A DNA stretch of 64,000 bases from Candidatus Bathyarchaeota archaeon (GTDB taxonomy: Archaea > Thermoproteota > Bathyarchaeia > Bathyarchaeales > DTEX01): the NCBI GenBank assembly GCA_963714275.1, contig CAVQNT010000002.1, positions 640,001-704,000 of the forward strand, in the 5' to 3' direction. A program made the translations under genes and the position numbers. Shown piece by piece: positions 33,589 through 43,830 of the stretch. The notes under the pieces are model-generated. The model was not told the DNA's origin. It saw only the letters and a list, made by a program, of their open reading frames with translations, and made no database searches. The stretch's first letter is position 1, and every line of letters starts with the position of its first letter.

Positions 33589-33953
33589 TTACATTATTGC
33601 GTTGCCTTTGGCACTTTTGGCTTTTTCAAGGTAATCCTCACGGGGCGGATTAAAAACGTCAAGGAACAGGCTCGGCTCATCAGCCAACGAGGCTACGCTG
33701 TGTTTTTCGTTGGGCTTGAACCAGTAGAACATGCCTTCCGTGACTGTGGTTTTCTCGGTTTCTGTGCGGAGTGAGCTCTGCCCTTTAGGCACACGCCCAT
33801 CTGCTCGTGGCGGTGGCTGTGCATGGGAACCTCAGCTCGGTGCGGAATCTCCACAAGCAGAAACATGACGTTCTCGCTGCTGAACACGATTTTGCCTTCA
33901 CTCTCGCAGAACAAGCGAAACGGCTTCAAAACACGGGCGTCGACAACCTTCAA
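33589..33953 (-). CDS. Cupin domain protein (frameshift near 33780)
   Basis: PMHSHRHEQMG and PNEKH..DVFNPPREDY in two frames. Confidence 0.82.
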
Positions 33954-34171
33954 TCCAGATATCCTCCAAACACCTATACAAACAACACAGACATAAAGAA
34001 CTAATCCAATAAAAAACCGTCATTTATTAATGGTTATTGTTTTGCAAACGGAAAATTCTATTGTCACACAAAACAGACCAGTCTGAGACGTATGAATTGA
34101 TGATTGTTGATAGATACTATATATAGATAAATCCTCACAACCGCGCGGAGAGGCTTATATTAAGAAAATGA

Positions 34172-34637
34172 TTATGATTTTGGCAGGGCATATGTAGACT
34201 GGATAATGTCATCTGTTCCCCACTGGAGAAACTGTGAGATACGGTTGAATTCCAGGTTCTGCGCATAATCTAAAGCATCAATATACCACTGTATCCCTAG
34301 GTCTAACAAGTCTATACTTCGCGTGTAGGTGGGAAAAGCGACATTCCTCATCTCAGTTAACTCGGTCCTTAACGCAGTCATACCGGTTTTTAGGTTCGCC
34401 ATCCGAATTATAAAAGTCGAGTTGTCGATGCTATGGTTAGCTAAAGCTTGTTATGTCGTCGCTCATGTTGCCCAAGATGACTTGGGTTCTGGAGTAAATG
34501 CTGTTAAGCCTCCCAGCAGTCTGCGCGCTTGACAGACCGGATGACATAAAGAAAAGAACGTAAACCCCGGACACAGTGGCTACAATTGCAATTGCCACAA
34601 ATATGAAAAACAGAAAAGCCCTCTTCTTCAACCGCAA
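34172..34637 (-). CDS. Hypothetical N-terminally membrane-anchored helical protein (frameshift near 34440)
   Basis: KKR + hydrophobic helix in 34437..34637 followed by amphipathic ORF 34172..34402. Confidence 0.5.
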
Positions 34638-34723
34638 CGGACCAAACCACCATGAAACCAGATATGGAAAATAGTTACAACCTCTTTATACCGTTTTTTC
34701 TCCACAACACCCAAAAGCCGCCA

Positions 34724-35839
34724 TCAATCAACAGGAAACCTGACGAGAACCCGCCCGGGCTTAATCCGCGACTCACCCTCCTCAGTGTCCGCATACCTGA
34801 AAGCCGCCTCCAAATTCCCAGCTGACATAACTGTGAAGCTCCTATCAGAAATAGCCCTTTTTACCTGAGTCCTGAAAACATCGTCCTTCAGCAAATCCAA
34901 AACCCGAACATAATGCTCCATCCGGCTGCGCGTCGAACCCATGAACGTCAAACCCTTGTTAACGACATTAGTCACCGCGACGGGAACTTCACCCAACGAA
35001 ATCCCAAGCAAAACACACCTGCCGCCCGGTCTTAAAAGATGAACAGCTTGGGCAACCGTAACCCTATGAGCGCCTCCGCCAGCAGCCTCAAAAACAACGT
35101 CCACGCCATCAGTCAAAGCCTCAAGCCTCAGCCTTTCACTCATAGAATTCAGGGGAGAAGCAAAATCTTTGGTTAAAGCCAGCTTTTCATCAACCACACC
35201 CACGAAAAACAGGTCTTCAACAGGAACCTTCGCCACGGACGAAACCACCGCAGTCACGAGGTAACCAACCGTCCCGTCGCCGATGACCGCAACCCTTTCG
35301 CCTGAACTGATGCCTGCGGACTCAACAGCGTTCAAAGCAACCGAAACAGGCTCAGACAAAGCAGCAACCTCCAAACTGACGCCGTCTGGAACAGGAACAA
35401 CGCGGGATTCGGGGTAAACAAAAAAGGTCCGAGCTAAACCGTCCATGGTTGCAGCCATGTACCGTCCTTCACGGCAAAGGTTCTCACGAAGGTTCAGGCA
35501 CGCACGGCATTTTCCGCACGGAACCAGCGGGTCAACAACCACCTTCGTCCCTTTCTGCAGCTTCGTACCATGCCCAGATTCGACAACCTCAGCCACACCC
35601 TCATGCAGCAAACATATGGGAAGCCGCTTCTTGAGCTTCTCAGCCTCCTTTTGACCTTTAAAGTAAAGCATTTCGCTGCCACAAATCCCAGCCACAACGG
35701 GCTTAAGCAAAAGCCAGCCGTCAGGAACAGAATCGATGACCCGCTTCCGCTCGACAAACGTGAAAGGCTCAACCAAACAGTATTCCCGAGCAACAACCTC
35801 CGCAATCTTCAAGGGCAACTTCAAAAACCCCAAGTTCAA
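34724..35839 (-). CDS. Zn-dependent dehydrogenase, TarJ-like (ribulose-5-P reductase family)
   Basis: GICGSE..Y..G....KL..RLP..LLHEG, CxxCxxC..C, GDGTVG, GSTRS; overlaps the hisI stop. Confidence 0.8.
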   Translation of the reverse strand: MNLGFLKLPLKIAEVVAREYCLVEPFTFVERKRVIDSVPDGWLLLKPVVAGICGSEMLYFKGQKEAEKLKKRLPICLLHEGVAEVVESGHGTKLQKGTKVVVDPLVPCGKCRACLNLRENLCREGRYMAATMDGLARTFFVYPESRVVPVPDGVSLEVAALSEPVSVALNAVESAGISSGERVAVIGDGTVGYLVTAVVSSVAKVPVEDLFFVGVVDEKLALTKDFASPLNSMSERLRLEALTDGVDVVFEAAGGGAHRVTVAQAVHLLRPGGRCVLLGISLGEVPVAVTNVVNKGLTFMGSTRSRMEHYVRVLDLLKDDVFRTQVKRAISDRSFTVMSAGNLEAAFRYADTEEGESRIKPGRVLVRFPVD

Positions 35840-36195
35840 GTTTGTTTCTTTTGTTCAGCTTTCAGCTTGTTGTGGAAACACGTCTCCTCGCCCAAGTGGC
35901 AAGCTGGACCCTTAGGCTTAATCAGAAACAGAACCGCGTCGCCGTCGCAGTCAACTAGTATGTCGACGACTTCCTGAACGTTCCCAGAGGACTCACCCTT
36001 TTTCATCACGCGACCGAAAGACCGCCGATAAAAATGGGCAAGCCCAGACTCAATGGTCCGTTTCAAGGCTTCACGGTCAACGTAAGCTAAACTCAGAACC
36101 TGCTTAGACTCAGAGTCCTGAACGATGACGGGAATTAATCCACCTACTTTACTGAAGCCCAGCTCGTCAAGGCTTAACAGTTTTTTAGGCTTCAA
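35836..36195 (-). CDS. hisI: Phosphoribosyl-AMP cyclohydrolase (no fused HisE)
   Basis: [31 protein letters not shown]. Confidence 0.95.
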   Translation of the reverse strand: MKPKKLLSLDELGFSKVGGLIPVIVQDSESKQVLSLAYVDREALKRTIESGLAHFYRRSFGRVMKKGESSGNVQEVVDILVDCDGDAVLFLIKPKGPACHLGEETCFHNKLKAEQKKQT

Positions 36196-37002
36196 ACTCG
36201 AACAGCCACACCCCTTTCAGCCAAAAACCGCTTCACAACAGGAATAGGAAACTTGTCGTAATGGAAAACCGAAGCAGCCAAAGCCGCATCAGCCTTCCCA
36301 GCAACGAAAGCATCAAGAAAATGCTCAGGCTTCCCCGCTCCGCCGCTCGCAATGACGGGAACGTTGACCCTTTCAACCACGCTTCTGGTCAACTCAAGGT
36401 CATACCCATCCTCTGTTCCGTCACGGTCCATCGAAGTCACGAGAAGCTCCCCGCCCCTAACTCCTCAACCTGTTCAGCCCAACGAAGCGCATCGATGCCC
36501 GTAGGCTTTCCACCAGTGCCGCCGTAAGTGTGAACCTCAAACCAGCAAGACCCATCAAATGTGTTAACCATGACCTTGTCGGAACGTTCTTCGAACCTTC
36601 TTTTCGCATCAATCGCCACAACAACGCACTGCCGCCCAAAAATCTCAGCCAACTCGCTAACCAACCCAGGATTCTCAACAGGAGCCGTATTAATTGAAAC
36701 CTTGTCCGCGCCGTTACAGAGAACGACACGGGCATCCTCAACGCTTCGAATTCCACCCCCAACTGTGAACGGGATGCCAACCTCAGTCTGCCACAGCCCG
36801 AACAACGTCCTTGAGAATGTCGCGTTTCTCGGGAGAAGCCGTAATGTCCAAGAAAACAAGCTCATCAGCGCCCTCCTCGCTGTAACGCCTGCCGAGGCTC
36901 AACGGGGTCACCTGCGCCTCTGTGACCCAAGAAACGGACGCCCTTAACGACCCTTCCGTGGTCAACGTCGAGGCACGGAATAATCCTCTTCGCCAAAACC
37001 AA
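36192..37002 (-). CDS. hisF: Imidazole glycerol phosphate synthase cyclase subunit (frameshifts)
   Basis: [55 protein letters not shown]. Confidence 0.93.
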
Positions 37003-37020
37003 CCTCAGCCAACCTCCCTA

Positions 37021-37750
37021 TTATGGGTCCTTAACGGTTCTTAAGGCTTCATTTAAACTAAACCTTCCTTCGTAAAGGGCTTTCCCAACGACGACCGCAC
37101 CTACGCCTAATGTCTTCAGAGCCACAAGATCATCTAGACTTCCGATACCTCCAGCAGCAATCACACTGACGCCTTTCCGACAAAGCTGAGACAAAACATC
37201 AAGATCAGGACCCGACAAGGTTCCGTCCCGAGCCACAGAAGTCACCAAAAAAAGCTTGACGCCCATCTTGGAAAACCGTGCCACAGCCTCAGACGCGGAG
37301 ACCTTGGCAGAAGCCTTCCATCCCCGAATCATAACCAAACCTTCAAGGTTGTCCAGAGCCACAATTACACGTTCCTCGCCAAACTCGCATAAAAGAGCCT
37401 CAACAACAGAAGGTGAAGAGAAAGCAACTGACCCCAAAACCACCCGTTTGACGCCAGTTAAAAGTAAACGACGGGTTGCTTCAACGCTTCGTATTCCGCC
37501 CCCAACCTGAAGCTGAACCCTAACAGCTTTGGCGATTAATTCCACCATGTTCAGGTTGCTTCCCAGCTCCCAAGACTGCATCCAAATCAACAACGTGAAC
37601 GAAACGGGCTCCCTCAGCCTCCCACTTTTTTGCCACGGAAACAGGGTCGCCTAAACGCTCGTAAGAAGTTGCCAGCTTAGGGTCTCCACAAACAAGCCTG
37701 ACAACCTTGCCACCCATCAGATCAACCGCTGGAATAATGTCCACAGCCAA
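37021..37750 (-). CDS. hisA: ProFAR isomerase (frameshift near 37560)
   Basis: IIPAVDL..GKVVRL, HVVDLD, QVGGGIRS, RDGTLSGP. Confidence 0.93.
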
Positions 37751-37757
37751 CCCTCTC

Positions 37758-38365
37758 TCATTTTTTTATGATTTCAGCAAAGTTGCGGAGGACGACTTCG
37801 CCTGGTTTACCCGACTTTTCTGGGTGAAACTGGGTGCCCCAAACGTTCCCGCAGGCAACAACCGAAGCGAATCTTAAGCCATAGTCCGTTTCTGCCACAA
37901 CAACGTTTCTGTCAACTGGATTGCCGTAGTAGCTGATGGACAAAATAGAAAAAATCATTGTCACTGATTCCGTCCAAAAGACCATTCGGTCTGACGACTT
38001 CGAGCGTGTTCCAACCCATGTGCGGAATCTTCGTAGCCAGAGGCAGCTTTACGACTTTGCCTTTCAGTATGCCTAAACCTTCACCCTGACTTTCCTCGCT
38101 GGATTCGAAAAGAAGTCTGCATCCCCAAGCAGACACCTAAAAGCGGAACCCCGCGTCCAACGAGTTCAGCAATCTCGTCTTTCATCGCTTGAATGTTTTG
38201 GGACCCCGCCCTAAAGTTGCCAACACCAGGCAAGACAACCGCATCTACGTTTTCAAGACTCCTTGAACCTGAAACGATGTTGGCTTCTAAACCCGTCTTT
38301 CGCAGGGCGCATGTTATGCTAAAGAGGTTGCCGACGCCGCAGTCGATTATGGCAACTTCGGGGAA
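37758..38365 (-). CDS. hisH: Imidazole glycerol phosphate synthase glutaminase subunit (frameshifts; start approximate)
   Basis: IIDCGVGNL, LPGVGNF, PHMGWN, YFVH, GTQFHPEKS. Confidence 0.92.
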
Positions 38366-38366
38366 C

Positions 38367-38944
38367 CTAGATCACCCCTTTTGAGGCTGGGAATTCCGCC
38401 TCTTCTGGAATCAAGCGAAACAGCTTGCCGTAACGCCAAAGCCAAAGCCTTGAAGGCAGCCTCAACCTTGTGGTGATCATTCGCGCCGTACTGAACCCAA
38501 ATGTGGATGTTCGCCCGTAAAGCCATAGCCAACGTTTCAAGAAAATGCATGATGTTCTCGCAAGGCATGTCCTCAACCCTTTTGCCTCTCAGCTTCAGGT
38601 CGACCACCACATAAGGTCTCTTAGCAAGATCAACAGCTGCCAACGCTAGGGAACAGTCCATAGGCACAATCGCATACCCAAACCTCGTTATCCCAGATGC
38701 GGAGCCTAAAGCCTTCAGAATCAGCTTCGCCGAGACAGATAGCCACGTCCTCAAGCGTGTGATGCGTCAAATCTCCCTTAGCTTTAACAGTTATGTCGAT
38801 TAGGCTGTGGGTGGCAAGAGACTTCAACATGTGGTCCAGAAACTCAATCCCAGTTTCAACCTCAGCAACGCCTTGGCCATCAAGGTTAACCTTTACACTG
38901 ACATCGGTTTCGCTCGTTTTTCTTGAAACTTCGCCTACACGCAA
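38367..38944 (-). CDS. hisB: Imidazoleglycerol-phosphate dehydratase (frameshifts)
   Basis: [35 protein letters not shown]. Confidence 0.93.
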
Positions 38945-38946
38945 CT

Positions 38947-40152
38947 TTATCCTCTCCTGATAGCTCCCAATATTGAAGGTAAATCGTTAACTGAAGGTAT
39001 AACTATGTCGCAACCAGACTCTAGGAAACCGTCACGAACAACGTCGTCAAGACCCGAATAATGGTAGACGCTAGCAAAAACGTAACTCTTGCCAGTTTTC
39101 GACGCGTCCTCAGCCATCAAAGCGTCCTCCATGGAATCCCCAACATAAAGCACCAAATTAGGTTCACCAAGTCCCTCTGCAGCCTTAAGAAGCGAATAAG
39201 GATTCGGCTTCCTCAAATTGACCAGCACCCCCTTTTCTTTTGAAAGTTTACGTTCAGCCTCCACCGCATTCTCCAAAAAAATTAGGGCTCTGGGGTCAAA
39301 TTGTTCAATCAAATCTCCCAGAACATATTTTGCGGGTTTAGACCAGCTGCCAGACGCAATGCCGAGCTTTCTTCCGCCTAAAAGCAAGGCTAATTTTTTA
39401 AGAACCGCTGGCTGAACGATAATTTTTTCATTTTCAATCATCCCAGAACCGTTGTTGAAGGCAGGTTCGACCCCGAAAGTTTGTTTAAACAGTTTTGCAC
39501 CGCAAAAGAACTCCTCCTGAGCAGTGGCAATTATGCTTTTACCGACTTCAGCGGGAAAGTAAAGGAAACTACTCAAAACACCGTAAAAGGCATTAAAGTC
39601 CCCGCTTGAGCCAGCTCTTTCAGCCAAGACTTTGTCAACAGACGCTATACCTGACGCGTCGAGAAGCTTCGCGAACTCCTTCAGGTTGCGAACCGTTTCC
39701 TCAAAAAAACCTTCGATCAAGAAACCTTTTTTGAATTCTATTTTTGTACCATTCATAGCCAATGAAAGCCGTTTAAAAGGGTCTTGTTGCGTTCCTATTT
39801 TCGTAATTAGTTTTTTTAGGACGTCCCTACAATCATCTGGTAAGCTGCAGAGAATGAACATGAGGGTTCCATAAACTGTGTCCCAATCGTTGTTGAACCC
39901 TCCGGTCTTTCTGAAAAGGTAGATAACTTCGTTGGAAATCAACCTTTCTGGGACCTCGAAGTTTGTTAGGGCTTTGAGTGTGTAGGAGACGGTTTTGGCG
40001 ATGGCTTTATTGTATGATTCCCGTATGTCAACAAGCACACCGTCGCAGTCGAATATGACACCGTCAACGTGTTTCAGCTGAGAAAGCTTGTCTTTCCTTA
40101 CGTACGCCTTTTGACCGTCAACACTGAAAACGTTATAGTTTTTTACCCACAT
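38947..40152 (-). CDS. HAD-family hydrolase with large cap, candidate histidinol-phosphate phosphatase
   Basis: [28 protein letters not shown]; sits between hisC and hisB. Confidence 0.75.
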   Translation of the reverse strand: MWVKNYNVFSVDGQKAYVRKDKLSQLKHVDGVIFDCDGVLVDIRESYNKAIAKTVSYTLKALTNFEVPERLISNEVIYLFRKTGGFNNDWDTVYGTLMFILCSLPDDCRDVLKKLITKIGTQQDPFKRLSLAMNGTKIEFKKGFLIEGFFEETVRNLKEFAKLLDASGIASVDKVLAERAGSSGDFNAFYGVLSSFLYFPAEVGKSIIATAQEEFFCGAKLFKQTFGVEPAFNNGSGMIENEKIIVQPAVLKKLALLLGGRKLGIASGSWSKPAKYVLGDLIEQFDPRALIFLENAVEAERKLSKEKGVLVNLRKPNPYSLLKAAEGLGEPNLVLYVGDSMEDALMAEDASKTGKSYVFASVYHYSGLDDVVRDGFLESGCDIVIPSVNDLPSILGAIRRG

Positions 40153-41268
40153 TCAGCCCAAGACCTCCTTTAAGGCTTTCAGGAACCTGTCCATCATTGG
40201 CTGAGGGGCAACCGTGACCCTTAAACAGTTTTTGCTGCTCAAAACCTGCCCAATGTTTCTCACAATCACGCCTTTGTCGAGGAGCTTCTTGTAGACCGTT
40301 TCTGAACCTTTAACAGTTTGGAAGAGAACAAAGTTCGTTTCAGAACCGAAGGCTCTGACTCCGACGATTTTGTTAAGGGCTTCTATGAGGATGCTGCGTT
40401 GAACTTTTACTTCATCTATGGCTTTGTTGATGACATCCATTCTTCCCAAAATCTTTGAAGACGCCCTCAAAGTGACAAGCGTTACCGTGTATGGCATCTG
40501 GAACCTTTCGTCCATGACCTTTGCCAAGACAGGATTTGAAACTGCACAGCCCAATCTTAAGCCAGCTAAGCCAAAAACTTTTGAAAATGTTCTGAAGACA
40601 ACTAGATTCTCGTAGTCGCCGACCGCTTCGATGATGGAGCTGCCAGAAAAATCAGCATAAGCCTCATCAACCGCAACGATTCCGTCAAAATTTTTTGCTA
40701 AATACTCGATGTCTCGACAGGCAAGACTGTTTGCAGTCGGATTATTCGGAGAGCAGAGGAAGATTACTTTGGTTTTAAGTGAAACAGCGTCCAGCAATCC
40801 TTCTGTGTCAAGGGAAAAATCCTCCTTGAGAGGAACAGGCTTGTAGGTTGCTCCCTGAATTCTTATGCACCGCTCGTAAATCGAAAACGTCGGCGAAATA
40901 GAGAGGGCTTCGTCGTCTTTTCCGAGCATCATCCTCGAGACTAAATCTATGAGATTGTCGCTTCCTGTACCAACCACTATCTGGTTAGGCAAAACCCCGA
41001 GATACTTGCCCAAGGCTTCCTTAAGCTCCACGTATTCGTCTCTCGGATAAATGCGAGGGTCAACCTCACCCACGGATTCACTTAGAATGTTGCGGAGGAA
41101 ATCCAGAGGAACAAAAAAATTCTCGTTAGAGTTTAACTTCAAAATCTGCTCAGGCTTCTTTCCTAATTTACGAGCCAAGCCATCAACCGTTTCTCCGACA
41201 TCGTAAACGCTTAAGCCTTGAGCCTCAGCAAGAACCTTCTTAACGGTTGCCCCGCTTCGTTTACGCAT
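40153..41268 (-). CDS. hisC: Histidinol-phosphate aminotransferase
   Basis: LNSNEN, SPNNPT, DEAY, RTFSKVFGLAGLRLG. Confidence 0.95.
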   Translation of the reverse strand: MRKRSGATVKKVLAEAQGLSVYDVGETVDGLARKLGKKPEQILKLNSNENFFVPLDFLRNILSESVGEVDPRIYPRDEYVELKEALGKYLGVLPNQIVVGTGSDNLIDLVSRMMLGKDDEALSISPTFSIYERCIRIQGATYKPVPLKEDFSLDTEGLLDAVSLKTKVIFLCSPNNPTANSLACRDIEYLAKNFDGIVAVDEAYADFSGSSIIEAVGDYENLVVFRTFSKVFGLAGLRLGCAVSNPVLAKVMDERFQMPYTVTLVTLRASSKILGRMDVINKAIDEVKVQRSILIEALNKIVGVRAFGSETNFVLFQTVKGSETVYKKLLDKGVIVRNIGQVLSSKNCLRVTVAPQPMMDRFLKALKEVLG

Positions 41269-42568
41269 TTTTGAACCGTCCCTCCACAGCCAAAGAGTGG
41301 TTAAGAAGACCCTCTGCTTCAGCCATAACCTTCGCTGTTTTTCTCACTTTAAGGAGTCCTTGCTTTGAACACTCAACGATGTTGAACCGTTTAACGAAAT
41401 CGAAGACCGAAAGCCCAGAGTAAACGTGGCTGAAACCCTCGGTTGGAAGAATGTGAACCGTCCCAAGGCAATAGTCGCTCGCAGCAACAGGCGTGTAATC
41501 GCCAACCAAGACCAAGCCTGCGGACTTAATCTGTTCAGCAACACCCCAGCCATCATTAGACAAAACTTCAAGGTGTTCAGGAGCAAACTCGTTCACGAAC
41601 CCAACAGCCTCCTGAATGTTCTTGCAGACAACTATACAACCGTTTTTTGCTAGATTTTGAGCAACCATCCCGCAATTGGGAACCGTTTTAATGGCTTTTT
41701 GTAACTCTTTTACTACGGATTCTGAAACTTTCTGCGATGTCGTCACAAGAACCGCAACACCGTCCAAGTGCTCTGCCTGAGAAATCAAGTCCAAAGCAAC
41801 CGTACGCGGATTCGTTGTTTCATCAGCCAGCACGACAATTTCGCTTGGACCTGCAGGAACGTCAATCGGCAAATCCTGCGACACCAGCATCTTTGCTGCC
41901 ACGACGTATTTGTTGCCAGGTCCAACCAGCTTGTCAACGGGCTTAATTGTTTCAGTTCCGTACGCCATCGCTGCAACTGCCTGAGCGCCGCCTACTCGGT
42001 AGACTTCGTTGACTCCGCATATGTCTGCAGCCACCAAAATTGACGGGTCAATTTCGCCCTCGCTTCGGGGCGGCGAACAAACAACAATTTCGGGCACACC
42101 AGCGACCTTGGCTGGAGCAATCGTCATGACTAGGCTGCTCGAGTAAGCTGCTTCTCCTCCTGGAACGTAACAGCCTAACCTGCGGATTGGAGCAACGCAG
42201 CTGCGAAATTTTGTTCCGTTTGCTTCATACTGGAAGCTGAGTCGTTGAAGGAGCCTTTTTTGGGATGCTTCGACGCGTCTTTTGACAAACTTAATAGCAG
42301 AAACCTGTGCTCTACTGACTTTCAGATACGCTTTTCTGATGTCTTCGCTGTCCACTTTTATTTGGTTGTTAGACAGTTTCACGCCGTCTAATTTTTGGGC
42401 GAAATCAACGAGGGCTGAGTCACCTCGCTTCTTAACGTCCTCAATTATGGTTTTCGCTTGTCCTGTAACTTCGGAGTCAAAGCGTTTATTGTTCGGCCAT
42501 CTATTCTTTAAGATGGTAGTCTGTGCAGCGGAACAATCAAGCATTCTCATTTTGAGTTCACTGTTCAA
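41261..42568 (-). CDS. hisD: Histidinol dehydrogenase
   Basis: YVPGG, GGAQAV, GPGN, PAGPSE, SQAEH, PEHLE. Confidence 0.96.
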   Translation of the reverse strand: MNSELKMRMLDCSAAQTTILKNRWPNNKRFDSEVTGQAKTIIEDVKKRGDSALVDFAQKLDGVKLSNNQIKVDSEDIRKAYLKVSRAQVSAIKFVKRRVEASQKRLLQRLSFQYEANGTKFRSCVAPIRRLGCYVPGGEAAYSSSLVMTIAPAKVAGVPEIVVCSPPRSEGEIDPSILVAADICGVNEVYRVGGAQAVAAMAYGTETIKPVDKLVGPGNKYVVAAKMLVSQDLPIDVPAGPSEIVVLADETTNPRTVALDLISQAEHLDGVAVLVTTSQKVSESVVKELQKAIKTVPNCGMVAQNLAKNGCIVVCKNIQEAVGFVNEFAPEHLEVLSNDGWGVAEQIKSAGLVLVGDYTPVAASDYCLGTVHILPTEGFSHVYSGLSVFDFVKRFNIVECSKQGLLKVRKTAKVMAEAEGLLNHSLAVEGRFKNA

Positions 42569-43551
42569 CTTTCGCTGTTTCCCCCAAAATTCATCTCGTC
42601 GAGTGGCAGTACTTGGCGAGGCTCATAGACGACCAGTCCCTGAGCGAGCTTCCTTAAGGTCGGCAGAATCTCCAAGAAACGGTCTCTTTCGATGACCGTG
42701 TTCACCGAAAACCAGTCTTTGTCCGAAAGGGGAGAAACCGTTGGTCGCCTTAAAGCAGGCAAACTCGTTAACAGTTTTTCGAGGTTTTTTTTGTTGACGT
42801 TCACGAAGATGTGAAGTTTCTTCCTACCGTCCACGACTCCTCTCAAAAGAGTGATAATGTCGTAGATTTTTTCCTGTTTCGCCGGGTCTCTGAACGCCTT
42901 TTTGTTGGCTATCAAAATTGCGGTTGACTCCATCACAGCTTCCACGGTTTTAAGGTCGTTCTGTTCCAAAGTAGACCCAGTGTCAGCAACGTCGATTATG
43001 GCGTCAGCGTTCTCCGGTGGTTTAGCCTCAGTTGCACCGAAAGAAAGGAACAGGGCAACCTTGTCGTTCTGACCCTTCTTCCACCACGGCGTAATCATGA
43101 GAGGGTCTTTAGCACCATAAAGCGCGTTGTAGACGGGGTTCTTTTTCAGGAATTCCGCTGACAGGTTAAGGTACTCAGTTGAAACCCTCAGGGTCTTTCC
43201 TTGCTTAGAGAAACTTTCCAGCAGTTCTGAAAGGGAATTTATTTCCGTCCAAGGTTTTGGGACAGCTAGGACAAGTTTGACCCATGAGTATTCTAGGTCA
43301 AGCAAGACTTCAACGTCGACCTTGGTTTCCTGCAACCAGTCTTGGCCGGTGATACCTAGGTCTTGCAGTCCTTCGTTGACATAGATGGGGATTTCTTGGG
43401 GTCTCAGTACCTTTAACTCCATCATTGGGTCATTGACCTTTGGACGGTACGTTGTGTCTCCGCCTGAGATTACATATCCTGCGCGTTCCAACGTTTTGAA
43501 CGTGGCTTCTGCCAGGTGTCCTTTCGGGATGGCTAACCTAACTTTCTCCAT
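42565..43551 (-). CDS. hisG: ATP phosphoribosyltransferase (long form)
   Basis: LAIPKG, RPQEIP, DLGITGQD, SFGATEAKPP..ADAIID..TGSTL, C-terminal regulatory domain. Confidence 0.96.
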   Translation of the reverse strand: MEKVRLAIPKGHLAEATFKTLERAGYVISGGDTTYRPKVNDPMMELKVLRPQEIPIYVNEGLQDLGITGQDWLQETKVDVEVLLDLEYSWVKLVLAVPKPWTEINSLSELLESFSKQGKTLRVSTEYLNLSAEFLKKNPVYNALYGAKDPLMITPWWKKGQNDKVALFLSFGATEAKPPENADAIIDVADTGSTLEQNDLKTVEAVMESTAILIANKKAFRDPAKQEKIYDIITLLRGVVDGRKKLHIFVNVNKKNLEKLLTSLPALRRPTVSPLSDKDWFSVNTVIERDRFLEILPTLRKLAQGLVVYEPRQVLPLDEMNFGGNSES

Positions 43552-43777
43552 AATTCATCAACTAACGTTTGTACCTTTTAGAAAATAACTTTGACGCTGA
43601 AATGAACATGAATGCGCTGAAAATTGTGAAGAAAACAAAAATACGTAAACGTTAAATCAGAATCTAAAGTAGGGTCACGAAGGCTAAGGATGAACGCAAC
43701 CGCCTCGTGTGAACTTGATCCCTCACTTTGCACCACTCGCAGAAATATGCGTACGCTTTCCTCATATAAATCTTTCC
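43552..43777 (-). promoter_or_regulatory. his operon promoter and ~190-nt structured leader with His-containing uORF
   Basis: GGAAAGA-TTTATAT at 43777..43764; uORF 43736..43578 with 4 His; hairpin CACGAGGC/GCCTTCGTG; long-range helix 43654..43637 with 43578..43563. Confidence 0.5.
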
Positions 43778-43830
43778 ATAGCAAATGACCCTAAAGGTGT
43801 ATGTTGAACTTTTTTATAAAATTTCCGAAT

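Noticed and set aside
43664-43765. Alternative his leader MRKAYAYFCEWCKVRDQVH...
   Set aside because: Its ATG lies within the predicted TATA box, so it would not be transcribed from that promoter.
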